Of a stretch of DNA of 64,000 nucleotides, positions 8,547 to 17,346 are shown piece by piece. A program made the position numbers and the translations under genes. Under the pieces are notes generated by a model. The model had not been told where the DNA came from. It worked only from the letters and a program-made list of their open reading frames with translations, and searched no databases. Source of the stretch: Acidobacteriota bacterium (GTDB lineage Bacteria > Acidobacteriota > CAIWXX01); NCBI GenBank assembly GCA_040755995.1, contig JBFMAF010000010.1:320001-384000 (forward strand), given 5' to 3'. The number at the start of each line of letters is the position of its first letter. Positions within the stretch are counted from its first letter, which is position 1.

Positions 8547-10340
8547 CTACGAATGGTCCGCGTCAGGCCCGCGAATGCCCAGCTTCTTCATCTTCCACCA
8601 CAGCCCCTGAAACGTGATCCCCATCTCTCGCGCCGTCTTCGACTTGTTCCAGTTGTTCTTGTCGAGCAGCCCGAGGATTCTCTCTCTCTCGTCGTCGGTG
8701 GAGATACCCGCAGTCGCAGCCACGGGGTGTTCCTTACGCTCCCGGCGAATGTGCTCAGAGAGCATGCCGTGACCGATCACCTCGGCATCGGCGGTAAGCG
8801 TCACGAGCCGGTAGATCTCGTTCTTTAGTTGTCGCACGTTCCCGGGCCACGCGTGGCTCTGGAGGGCTTCGTGCGCAGCCCGCGAGAACCCGCCGATTGT
8901 CTTCTTCTCGCTCTTGCAGAACTGCCCCACGAAGTAGTCGATCAGCACCGAGATGTCTTCCCTACGCTGCCGCAGCGGCGGGACGACCATCTCATGCTGG
9001 GCGAGGCGGTAATATAGATCTTCCCGAAACCGCCTTTCGTTGATAAGTCTGGCAAGGTCGGAGTTGGTAATCGAGATGATCCGCAGGTCCACCTTCGTGG
9101 GGCTGACTCCTCCAAGCCTGAAGAACTCGTGCGACTCGATGGCGCGGAGCAGCTTGGCCTGCAGCATGAGCGGCATGTCCCCGATTTCGTCCAGCACCAG
9201 AGTCCCACCTGATGCCATCTCCAACTTCCCATGCTTGCTCCTGTGGGCACCGGTGAACGCCCCCTTCTCGTGCCCGAACAACTCGGACTCGAGCAGTGTC
9301 TCCGGGATCGCGGCGCAGTTGATCGCCACGAACGGCCGGGACGCTCTCTTGGACGAACGATGGATCAACCTCGCCAGCAGCTCCTTCCCTGTCCCGCTCT
9401 CTCCGCGGATCAAGACCGGGATGTCGCTGAGCGCGATCTTGCGCGCCTGCTGGCAGAGGCTGAGCATCTCCGGATTCTGAGTGACGATCTCATCTTCGGG
9501 CTCCCCGAGTCTGATTGTCTGATCCTCGGAGGGGCCCGAGGGCACCCTCGACAGGACCTCGATCTCCATCGCCAGAAGCTGCAGGAACCTGTCCAACAGC
9601 TCGCGATTCTCGCCGCCCCGCTGTGCAGGCACGTGGATCAGGGCACCCGCCTTGTCCTTGAGCTTGACTGGAAAACAGGCGAATCCTCGTGCCTCGCAGA
9701 ACAGGCGCAGCTCAGAGCAGTTCGCAACGAGAGGCCCCAGCTTCTCGATCTCGCTCAGGACTTCACGGCTCTCCGAGCGGCCCTTCTGGGCCGAGACGAC
9801 GGACAGCTCATCACCGCTGGAGGTGAGCACATAGACGCTGCCAAGGTCCGGTATGGTTGGCAGCAAGACTGACAGGAGTCCGAATACCTCGTTGAGCTGG
9901 GCGCCGTCGACACCCGCCTGCATCAGGCGCCGGAGCACGTCCGAATAGGCATCGGAAGCATCCTTGGTCTTGACTGTGCCAAGATCCCGATCATCAGCTC
10001 CGGCGAGCCGCGTGGAGATCTGTTTGGGTTGGGACACGACGTCGAACTGCTCCGCCTCACCCTCCCTCAGCGTGAACTCCATGGTCTTGATGCTGAACGA
10101 CTCGCCCATGCGCAGCTCAGCCTCCTCGACTCGGACTCCATTCACCACTGTGCCGTTCATCGAACCGAGGTCGCGCAGTATCACATGATCGCCATGTTCT
10201 TCGATCGTCAAATGCGACCTCGACACGAATTCCTCGTCCAGCACCAGGTCGTTTTCCGAGCCCCGTCCAACGCGCACGATCGGCCTCCGGATGCAGAAGT
10301 TCCTGAACAGCCCGTCGCGCTGGTAGGACAAGTACTTCAC
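8547..10340 (-). CDS. FHA-domain sigma54-dependent enhancer-binding protein (FHA + central domain + AAA+ + Fis HTH)
   Basis: FHA motifs VGRG..VSRSH..DLGSMNGTVVNG; GESGTGKE, ESELFGHEKGAFTGA, LDEIGDM, WPGNVRQL; C-terminal HTH NKSKTAREMGI. GTG start inferred. Confidence 0.93.
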   Translation of the reverse strand: MKYLSYQRDGLFRNFCIRRPIVRVGRGSENDLVLDEEFVSRSHLTIEEHGDHVILRDLGSMNGTVVNGVRVEEAELRMGESFSIKTMEFTLREGEAEQFDVVSQPKQISTRLAGADDRDLGTVKTKDASDAYSDVLRRLMQAGVDGAQLNEVFGLLSVLLPTIPDLGSVYVLTSSGDELSVVSAQKGRSESREVLSEIEKLGPLVANCSELRLFCEARGFACFPVKLKDKAGALIHVPAQRGGENRELLDRFLQLLAMEIEVLSRVPSGPSEDQTIRLGEPEDEIVTQNPEMLSLCQQARKIALSDIPVLIRGESGTGKELLARLIHRSSKRASRPFVAINCAAIPETLLESELFGHEKGAFTGAHRSKHGKLEMASGGTLVLDEIGDMPLMLQAKLLRAIESHEFFRLGGVSPTKVDLRIISITNSDLARLINERRFREDLYYRLAQHEMVVPPLRQRREDISVLIDYFVGQFCKSEKKTIGGFSRAAHEALQSHAWPGNVRQLKNEIYRLVTLTADAEVIGHGMLSEHIRRERKEHPVAATAGISTDDERERILGLLDKNNWNKSKTAREMGITFQGLWWKMKKLGIRGPDADHS

Positions 10341-10476
10341 GCCACCCCGCCTCTTTCCCGAGTCGATCCGCAAGCTTTGTCGCGCCGCAGGATATCAGGA
10401 GGCGCGGCCGGCGGCAACCCAGCGTCTGAATGCGTGGCCTCACAGCGTTCTTTCGACTCCTGCCATCCTGACCCTT

Positions 10477-10492
10477 TGCAGCAATCGTGCCA
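10477..10492 (-). promoter_or_regulatory. sigma54 (-24/-12) promoter facing the FHA activator gene
   Basis: Minus strand TGGCACGATTGCTGCA versus consensus TGGCACGNNNNTTGCW (1 mismatch). Confidence 0.65.
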
Positions 10493-10706
10493 CTCCGGCA
10501 TGTTTGGGCATAGACAACCGCCAGTCGGCGTGTCTCTGGGCCCGGAATGAGACCACCGATCTCAGAACGCATTCGTTTTGACTCTAAAGAGGGGCTTGAT
10601 ACTTTATAAAGAGTCTGCAACCCGAGCCACCGATAGCAACCCTTGTTGCGCCGCAAACGTCCAGCCTGCCCATGATCTCGGAGATGGACTGACCACGATG
10701 AATAGA

Positions 10707-10722
10707 TGGCACCGTCTTTGCA
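10707..10722 (+). promoter_or_regulatory. sigma54 (-24/-12) promoter for the secreted-protein genes from 10787
   Basis: TGGCACCGTCTTTGCA with exact GG-N10-GC spacing, about 65 bp upstream of the ATG. Confidence 0.75.
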
Positions 10723-10786
10723 CCCTGATTTTGAAGAGGAAACACGAGCCTGGATTTGCTGTCAGAGTGAACATGAGGAGGAATGA

Positions 10787-11260
10787 ATGACTCAACGAGC
10801 TAGATTTCGATGGATTGCGCCCCTGACGATCCTGGGCATCCTGACCGCCGTGGATGGCGCACTCGCGCGACCCAGCGCCGTACCCAGCCTGGTCGGGCAG
10901 TGGAAGATCGTCGGGATGACAGGCGCCAACTACGAAGATGTCTCCGATGTGAATTCCACGCCGGAGTTCGTCTCGGGCGCACCGGCCGACGCTCTGATCG
11001 TGATTACCGGCCAGAAGGCCGGCGCCTTCGCTGGCTACCTGACCGTGGAGGGCGAGAAGCTTCTGCTGACCGGCGTGATCGGCAACGACAACTCAGTGAT
11101 CATGCAGTTCGCAAGCGGCAACAGCCGCCATCTGTTCAGTGGCAAGTACTCGGTAGCCGGCAAGAAGAAGCAGATCAAGGGCAGCTACCACGGCTACGAG
11201 GAGTTCACCGCATCGATTCCCTCGATGTCGAATGGATCTATGGAATTGGAGAAGAAGTGA
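10787..11260 (+). CDS. Secreted hypothetical protein (small, beta-rich)
   Basis: GAGGAGG SD, signal peptide (..LTILGILTAVDGALA), strong codon bias. Confidence 0.8.
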   Translation: MTQRARFRWIAPLTILGILTAVDGALARPSAVPSLVGQWKIVGMTGANYEDVSDVNSTPEFVSGAPADALIVITGQKAGAFAGYLTVEGEKLLLTGVIGNDNSVIMQFASGNSRHLFSGKYSVAGKKKQIKGSYHGYEEFTASIPSMSNGSMELEKK

Positions 11261-11418
11261 ACAGCTCGACGCTGTCGCGCCTCTGCGGGGCGCGGACACG
11301 ACGCCCTGGCGACGCGACGTTCAAGCATCTCGAATTTCGTCAGGGCCCGTGGCAGATTTCCGAGAAGCGGGTGGCGGCCAGCTGAGAGAAGATTGCGTTC
11401 GTGGATGAGGAGGTCTAA

Positions 11419-13938
11419 ATGAATAGAGCCTTGATGCGACCTCATGGGTTGAGATTACTGGTTGGTCTGGCGGCGCTACCTGTGCTGTGTGAAGGCCACC
11501 GTGTTGTTAGCGCTGCTCACGCCGCGCGCGACAGTACCGGCAAGGTGGTCTACGTGAACAAGAGTGCCGCGGGCGCGCCTCACGACGGAACATCCTGGGA
11601 GAGGGCGTTCCTGACGGTGAAGGAGGGCATCAAAGCGGCGACGGCCGGTGACGAGGTGTGGGTGGCCAAGGCCACCTACGTCGAGTGTATCGATCTGAAG
11701 GATGGGATTCTGCTCTATGGCGGGTTCAACGGTACGGAAACAGCAAGGGATCAGAGAGACTGGAAAAAGAACATCACGATCTTGGATGGCAATCGCAAAG
11801 GCTGTGTCGTGGATGTGGCGCTCCTGCTGAAGGAAACCAGGGTGGATGGATTCACCGTACGGAACGGCAAAGCCGACAGTGGAGGTGGGATAAGCCACTA
11901 CGCTAGCCCGCTTGACCTCCTCACCATCGCGAACAACATCATCTCTGGCAACTCCGCAGTGGAAGGCGGCGGCATCTTTCTTGGTGCAGAGGCCAGCGTC
12001 ATCGACAATATCATCAGTGGAAACACGGCCGAGGAAGCCGGCGGGGGTATCCTCTGTGCCTTGTCCTGGGTCACCATTAACGGAAACGAGATCAGAGATA
12101 ATGACGCGCGCGATGCTGGCGGCATCTACGGTGATGAGATGGATGGCGAAATCTCCAACAACATTTTCTCCGGGAACTCTGACTTCGCCATCCGCTGCAA
12201 CACCGCTAGCAATGCAAGGATCCTGAACAACGTTCTCTCTCTGAATGAAAGGGGCGGTATCGTCTGCTATCTCTCGAATCCGAAGATATACAACAATACG
12301 ATCTTCGGGAATGGGCTGTACGAGGATAGTACGGGAGAGGGCATACTCCTGAGAAGCTCATCTCCGTCGATCGCGAACAACATCGTGGCTTTCAACAAGA
12401 TTGGCATCGATGCCACCGACTCCAAGACCCATCCCCGCTCCAACTGCATCGCCAGAAACACAACAGACTACGACGGAATCAAGCCGGGCGAGGGGGATTT
12501 CTCCTCAGATCCGTTGATCAGTCCTGTATCTGCGGAATTCCACATCATGTCGATATCGCCGTGCATCAACAGGGGTGACAACAGCTTCGTGGAGAGCAGC
12601 TGGCTGGACATCGACGGCGAACCGCGAATCAATGGCGGCGCAGTTGATGTTGGGGCGGACGAGTTTCACTATGGATCCACGACGAAGAAGCCCAATGCGC
12701 CAAAGGAGTTGAAGGCCAAAGCAAAGAGCAAGGAGGCAATCGAGCTCAAGTGGAAGGACAACTCGAACAACGAATCAGGGTTCACCATCGAGCGGCGTGA
12801 CGGCGGCCAGGGAGTCTGGTCGACGGTCGCCGTCGCAGATGTGAATGCGAAGAAGCATAGCGATGGCGAGCTGAAATCCGGCACCACATACCAATACCGG
12901 CTCCGGGCATTCAACATCATCGGCTACTCTGGATACTCGAACGTCTCCCAAGCCAAAACGAAAGCGATCATGGAACTCCGGGCGCTGAATGACACGCCTG
13001 CAGGGATTGGAAGCCATGAGATGATCGACCTCGCCTCAGCCGCAACGCCCTCGGATGCACCCCGCAGCCTGGGAAGCCTCTTGGCGGTCGATCCTATAGT
13101 CGGAGACCTGCAGTATGTGCCCGCCACTGGACCGAACGGCTTCTTGCAGGGCAGCCCCAAGTCCGAGGGGTGTCGAGCCGCGAACGAACAGCAGTTCCGT
13201 CGCATTCTCACGCGGAACTTCCTTTTGATGAAGACGGAGGTGACACAGGGCATGTGGGCGGAGCTGAAGGACGCACAGCCGAGTCTACCTGCCAACAAGA
13301 GCCGCTTTCGCGGAGAGAACAGACCAGCGGATGGCGTTACATGGTTCGAGGCAGTCCTGTTCGCCAATGTCCTTTCGAGCGAAAGAGGGTTGAAGCGCTG
13401 CTACTATGCGGACAGCTCCAGGAAGATCCCCATCGACGCGGGCAACTACAAGTCCGGCAAATACTACTGTGACTTCAGGGCCAACGGTTTCCGTCTGCCT
13501 ACGGAGGGAGAGTGGGAGTATTTCACGCGCGCAGGCAGAAGCGGGCCCTTCTGCATAGGCGAGCCGAAATACAATTCGACCACTTGTCACAACCATGGGC
13601 CCGGCCTCTTCCCTGGCTTGGAGTCGGCAGCCTGGTTCAGCGCCAATGCCGATGGAACCACGCATGCAGTCGGCGAGAAGAAAGCCAACTCATGGAACCT
13701 GCGTGACGTACACGGCAACGTCAAGGAGTGGTGCTGGGACTGGGAGGAGCGGTATCCAACAGGAACACAAACCGACTATGCCGGCCCATCGTCGAGTTGG
13801 CTGAATGCCCGAATCTGCCGTGGCGGGAGCTGGAACACCGGTGCGTCCACCTGCAGATCCGCGTCCCGCGACTGGGGACCCCCGGCCCAGCGTTCCTGCG
13901 TCTACGGTTTTCGGCTCGTCAGGGTAGTGGGCAAGTGA
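11419..13938 (+). CDS. Secreted multidomain protein: right-handed parallel beta-helix + FN3 + FGE-sulfatase domain
   Basis: Signal peptide; IISGNSAVEGGGI repeats; DIDGEPRINGGAVDVGADEF cap; FN3 (LKWKDNSNNESGFTIER..YQYRLRAFN); RLPTEGEWEY..DVHGNVKEWCWD..RGGSW..GFRLV. Confidence 0.88.
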   Translation: MNRALMRPHGLRLLVGLAALPVLCEGHRVVSAAHAARDSTGKVVYVNKSAAGAPHDGTSWERAFLTVKEGIKAATAGDEVWVAKATYVECIDLKDGILLYGGFNGTETARDQRDWKKNITILDGNRKGCVVDVALLLKETRVDGFTVRNGKADSGGGISHYASPLDLLTIANNIISGNSAVEGGGIFLGAEASVIDNIISGNTAEEAGGGILCALSWVTINGNEIRDNDARDAGGIYGDEMDGEISNNIFSGNSDFAIRCNTASNARILNNVLSLNERGGIVCYLSNPKIYNNTIFGNGLYEDSTGEGILLRSSSPSIANNIVAFNKIGIDATDSKTHPRSNCIARNTTDYDGIKPGEGDFSSDPLISPVSAEFHIMSISPCINRGDNSFVESSWLDIDGEPRINGGAVDVGADEFHYGSTTKKPNAPKELKAKAKSKEAIELKWKDNSNNESGFTIERRDGGQGVWSTVAVADVNAKKHSDGELKSGTTYQYRLRAFNIIGYSGYSNVSQAKTKAIMELRALNDTPAGIGSHEMIDLASAATPSDAPRSLGSLLAVDPIVGDLQYVPATGPNGFLQGSPKSEGCRAANEQQFRRILTRNFLLMKTEVTQGMWAELKDAQPSLPANKSRFRGENRPADGVTWFEAVLFANVLSSERGLKRCYYADSSRKIPIDAGNYKSGKYYCDFRANGFRLPTEGEWEYFTRAGRSGPFCIGEPKYNSTTCHNHGPGLFPGLESAAWFSANADGTTHAVGEKKANSWNLRDVHGNVKEWCWDWEERYPTGTQTDYAGPSSSWLNARICRGGSWNTGASTCRSASRDWGPPAQRSCVYGFRLVRVVGK

Positions 13939-14260
13939 CAAATCGCGGATTTCGCGAGAACTCTTGCGGATGTAGAAACGAGATTCCTTCTTTCCTGGAG
14001 GGATGAAATGAGAGCATGCACAGCCGAGCATCCAATGTACCTCCGTGCCGTGGGGCTGGAAGCTCCTGGCAGTGACATCTACTCGATGAGCACCACTTGT
14101 TGCTACGCCGACATGGGTGTGAGTCGCAGGGCGTTGCGCTACCCGGAGCGAGCCGGTAAGATCGGTGCCGGCAACGGGCGGTGAGTTCACGCGGTCTGTC
14201 CCGCCGAGCAGTGTGCGGAATCTCAGGGACTGGGACCCGGAGAAGTGCCGGAGGCAAATC

Positions 14261-16414
14261 ATGAGGCAAGGCTATCATTGGTGGGAGAGGTCGGCTCGTT
14301 CTGCACTTGTTCGGGTTTTCTGCGTGATCACTATGGCCCACACGGGCATTTCTGGCCATGCCCAGAGCACCCCCGCTCCATATGCGACGAAGACGGTGTC
14401 GCCCCATGGGGTCGTGAATCCAGACGGCACCATCGCAACGGACAGGGGGCTGGCATGCGCGGTCGACCTTCGGGGGTGGGACGTGACACTCGACTCGCAG
14501 CGTGGTCCCGTTCTCAGGCCCAAGCATCGGGCAATGGGATCTACGCTTGCGCCCGGCTGGTCGGCGCTCGCCAATCAGGGGCTCAACGAGTATGTCTGCG
14601 CTCTGGCGGTGGTCGGGAGCGATCTGTATGTGGGTGGATATTTCACGCAGACGTACGACGGGAGCGTGAAGAACCTTAACTACATCGCGAAGTACAGCGG
14701 TGGCACTTGGTCGGCGCTGGCCAACAACGGGCTGGACAACGCTGTCCACGCTTTGGCGGTGGCCGGGAGCGATCTATATGTCGGTGGAGCGTTCTCGCAG
14801 ACGTACGACGGGAGCGTGTCGGACCTCAACGGGATCGCTAAGTATAGCACCGGGACGGGATCGTGGTCCGCCCTCGCCAATCAAGGGCTGGGCGGCGGCG
14901 CGGTCTTCGCTCTGGCCGTGAGCGGGAGCGATCTCTATGTCGGCGGTAACTTCACGGACACACACGACTGGAGTGTCGAGCTCAACAACATCGCTAAGTA
15001 CAGCGGTGGCACGTGGTCCGCCCTGGCCAATCGAGGACTGGACGCCCATGTCATAGCCCTCGCGGTGGTCGGGGGCGATGTGTATGTCGGCGGTATCTTT
15101 ACGCAGACATACGATGGGAGCGTGGGGAACCTCAACAACATCGCCAAGTATAGCGCCAGCAAATGGTCCGCCCTGGCGAATCACGGACTAGACAACATCG
15201 TCCTGTCTCTAGCGGTGGTCGGGAGCGATCTGCATGTGGGTGGAGACTTCAGGCAGACAGCCGACGGGAGCGTGACCAACCTGAATTACATCGCCAAGTA
15301 CAGCACCGGCACATGGTCGGCGCTAGCCAACAAGGGGCTAGACGGTCATGTCCACGCTCTGGCGGTGGTCGGGAGCGACTTGTATGTCGGTGGAGGGTCG
15401 GGGCACACAGCCGACGGGAGCGTGGGGAATCTTAACGAGATCGCCAAGTACAGCGGCGGCACGTGGTCCGCCCTCGCCAACCAGGGCCTGAGCCCCCAAC
15501 CGGTCAATGTTCTGGCGGCAAGCGGGAGCGATCTATATGTCGGTGGAGATTTCATGCGGACATATGACTGGAACGTGGTGAACCTCAACCACATCGCCAA
15601 GTACTCCACGTCTTCCTGTTCCGCTCCGTCGATCACGACGCAGCCCGCGAGCCAGACCATTGGGACGGGCAGCCAGGCCACTCTCACGGTCATCTCTTCC
15701 GGCGATGAGCCATTCCACTACCAGTGGTACCAGGGCGCGACCGGCGCTACGACAACGCCCGTCGGCACGGATTCGAGTTCCTTCACAACGCCCGCGCTCA
15801 CCGCCAACGCGCAATACTGGGTCCGGGTGACGAACGCGTGCGGCCAGGCCGACAGCAACACAGCCACGATCACCGTGGTCGCTGGCTGCGTCGCCCCGAG
15901 CATCGCCACCCACCCGCAGAGCCAGACGATCACCAGAGGATCGACAGCCACCCTGACAGTGATCACCACCGGCGATGCCCCGATGCACTACCAGTGGTAC
16001 CAGGGTGCGACCGGAGACACCTCGAATCCGGTCGGCACCAATTCCAATTCGTACGCGGCCTCGCCGCTGACAACGACGAGCTTCTGGGTCCACGTCTCGA
16101 ACGGATGCGGCCAGGCCGACAGCAACGCGGCGGTGATCACGGTCAACTTCGCGTCCGGCGTGGTCATCACCGGCATAAGGAGCAAGAAGAGCACCCCGAA
16201 CTCGCCAGCGAAGATCAAAGGAACGGGCTTCGTCACCGACAAGAAGAAGGTCACGGTGAAGTTTGGAACCCTAAAGGCAACGGTGATCAAGGCGACCACT
16301 ACCGCCATCACCGTGAAGATCCCGAAGAGATGCAAGAAGGGCACAACATACCAGGTTGTCGTGACGATCAGCGGCAAAGGCGCGAGCAACCCATGGCCGT
16401 TCACAGTCAAATGA
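14261..16414 (+). CDS. Secreted protein: 7-repeat beta-propeller + two Ig-like domains + Lys-rich IPT/TIG-like C-terminal domain
   Basis: GGAGG SD before ATG 14261; seven ~50-aa repeats WSALANxGL..ALAVxGSDLYVGG..LNxIAKYS; two APSIxTxPxSQTI..YQWYQG Ig repeats. Confidence 0.88.
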   Translation: MRQGYHWWERSARSALVRVFCVITMAHTGISGHAQSTPAPYATKTVSPHGVVNPDGTIATDRGLACAVDLRGWDVTLDSQRGPVLRPKHRAMGSTLAPGWSALANQGLNEYVCALAVVGSDLYVGGYFTQTYDGSVKNLNYIAKYSGGTWSALANNGLDNAVHALAVAGSDLYVGGAFSQTYDGSVSDLNGIAKYSTGTGSWSALANQGLGGGAVFALAVSGSDLYVGGNFTDTHDWSVELNNIAKYSGGTWSALANRGLDAHVIALAVVGGDVYVGGIFTQTYDGSVGNLNNIAKYSASKWSALANHGLDNIVLSLAVVGSDLHVGGDFRQTADGSVTNLNYIAKYSTGTWSALANKGLDGHVHALAVVGSDLYVGGGSGHTADGSVGNLNEIAKYSGGTWSALANQGLSPQPVNVLAASGSDLYVGGDFMRTYDWNVVNLNHIAKYSTSSCSAPSITTQPASQTIGTGSQATLTVISSGDEPFHYQWYQGATGATTTPVGTDSSSFTTPALTANAQYWVRVTNACGQADSNTATITVVAGCVAPSIATHPQSQTITRGSTATLTVITTGDAPMHYQWYQGATGDTSNPVGTNSNSYAASPLTTTSFWVHVSNGCGQADSNAAVITVNFASGVVITGIRSKKSTPNSPAKIKGTGFVTDKKKVTVKFGTLKATVIKATTTAITVKIPKRCKKGTTYQVVVTISGKGASNPWPFTVK
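14558..15610 (+). repeat. Seven intragenic ~150-bp tandem repeats (propeller blades)
   Basis: tggtcggcgct(c/g)gccaa.. and atcgc(c/t/g)aagta(c/t)agc recur about every 150 bp. Confidence 0.85.
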
Positions 16415-16676
16415 CAGGAAGAGCACAGAGAGGTGATGGCAGGAGGAGCGAACGAAACATCTCAACGAGTCTCAGCATATCGGAGTAGCTAGGAACGAGT
16501 TGCCAGTGTCCCCTTGGTCGTACCGCAGGAATTGGGACGGCACTCAGGTAGTCCGCGCTGAGCTCCGGCGGGCTCTGGTCCGTCAAGACGATTCCCTCAC
16601 CACCGGGCTGGACGGCGGCCAGCCCTCAGGGCTTCATCGGCCGCCCGCCGCCAAGGCTGGTCGCGGTGCCTCGCTA

Positions 16677-17249
16677 CTAGCCCTCCCGGAGGAGCCGGCG
16701 GAATCGCGCGTTCGCGAACTCTGTCGACGCATCGACCAGCTCCTCGTACAGCCGCGTGCGGCCCAGCACCGGGTAAACCAGACGCAAGAACATCGGTCCC
16801 TTCACCTCGACGAAGAACCAGCGCTTCTCCTCGTCCGGAATCGTCGGACAACCGTACAGATTGTCGATGACGTCGCACGTCTTGAGCGCCCACGCGTCCG
16901 GATCGCGCGCCCGTCGCAGCCGGTCCACCATCCGGGCCCAGCGGCGGTTCTTGTCGGTATCGGATCGGTCGTGGCTCGACAGGTCGACGAGCCGAACCGT
17001 TCGTGACGAAAACCCCAGACCGCGCAGCTCAGCCAGGGTCGTGTCGCCGTCCTCCACAATGTCGTGTAGGAGACCGGCCAGGACCACATCCTTCGGATAC
17101 CCATGCCGGCGCAGCCTGTCGGAAACCCGGATGCTGTGACGGTACAACATCTGATCGGTGGCGCCCTTTCGCAGACCTTTGATGCGCTGCCTGATCAGGC
17201 GCCTCGCCAGACGATCCAGTGCTTCCGCCTGAGCTGCCACGTGTCTCAC
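16677..17249 (-). CDS. Stand-alone HD-domain protein (RelA/SpoT-type hydrolase domain; small alarmone hydrolase-like)
   Basis: HSIRV..AGLLHDIVED..LKTCDVIDNL; GTG start inferred. Confidence 0.8.
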   Translation of the reverse strand: MRHVAAQAEALDRLARRLIRQRIKGLRKGATDQMLYRHSIRVSDRLRRHGYPKDVVLAGLLHDIVEDGDTTLAELRGLGFSSRTVRLVDLSSHDRSDTDKNRRWARMVDRLRRARDPDAWALKTCDVIDNLYGCPTIPDEEKRWFFVEVKGPMFLRLVYPVLGRTRLYEELVDASTEFANARFRRLLREG

Positions 17250-17346
17250 TCTACCATCCGGCTTCGAGGCATTCAAACGCCCGCGCCGCATCGCCACGCC
17301 GCGCGACTGACACTTGCCCGTCGATCTGTATTAGAATCGCAGCAAG

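Noticed and set aside
1306..13938. Complete diversity-generating retroelement around the FGE-domain genes
   Set aside because: No reverse transcriptase, Avd-like gene or adenine-variant template repeat was seen in the window; kept only as a low-confidence remote-target idea.
14008..14184. 58-codon ORF after GGAGGG in the 13939-14260 gap
   Set aside because: No recognisable motif or codon bias; cannot be supported.
14558..15610. CRISPR-like regular repeats
   Set aside because: The repeats are in-frame 150-bp coding units of a propeller protein, with no spacers and no cas genes.
16614..16645. Hammerhead-like motif on the minus strand (CCGATGA-AGCCC-TGA-GGGCT)
   Set aside because: It lacks CUGA and the GAAA after stem II; it is only a bulged hairpin downstream of the HD gene.
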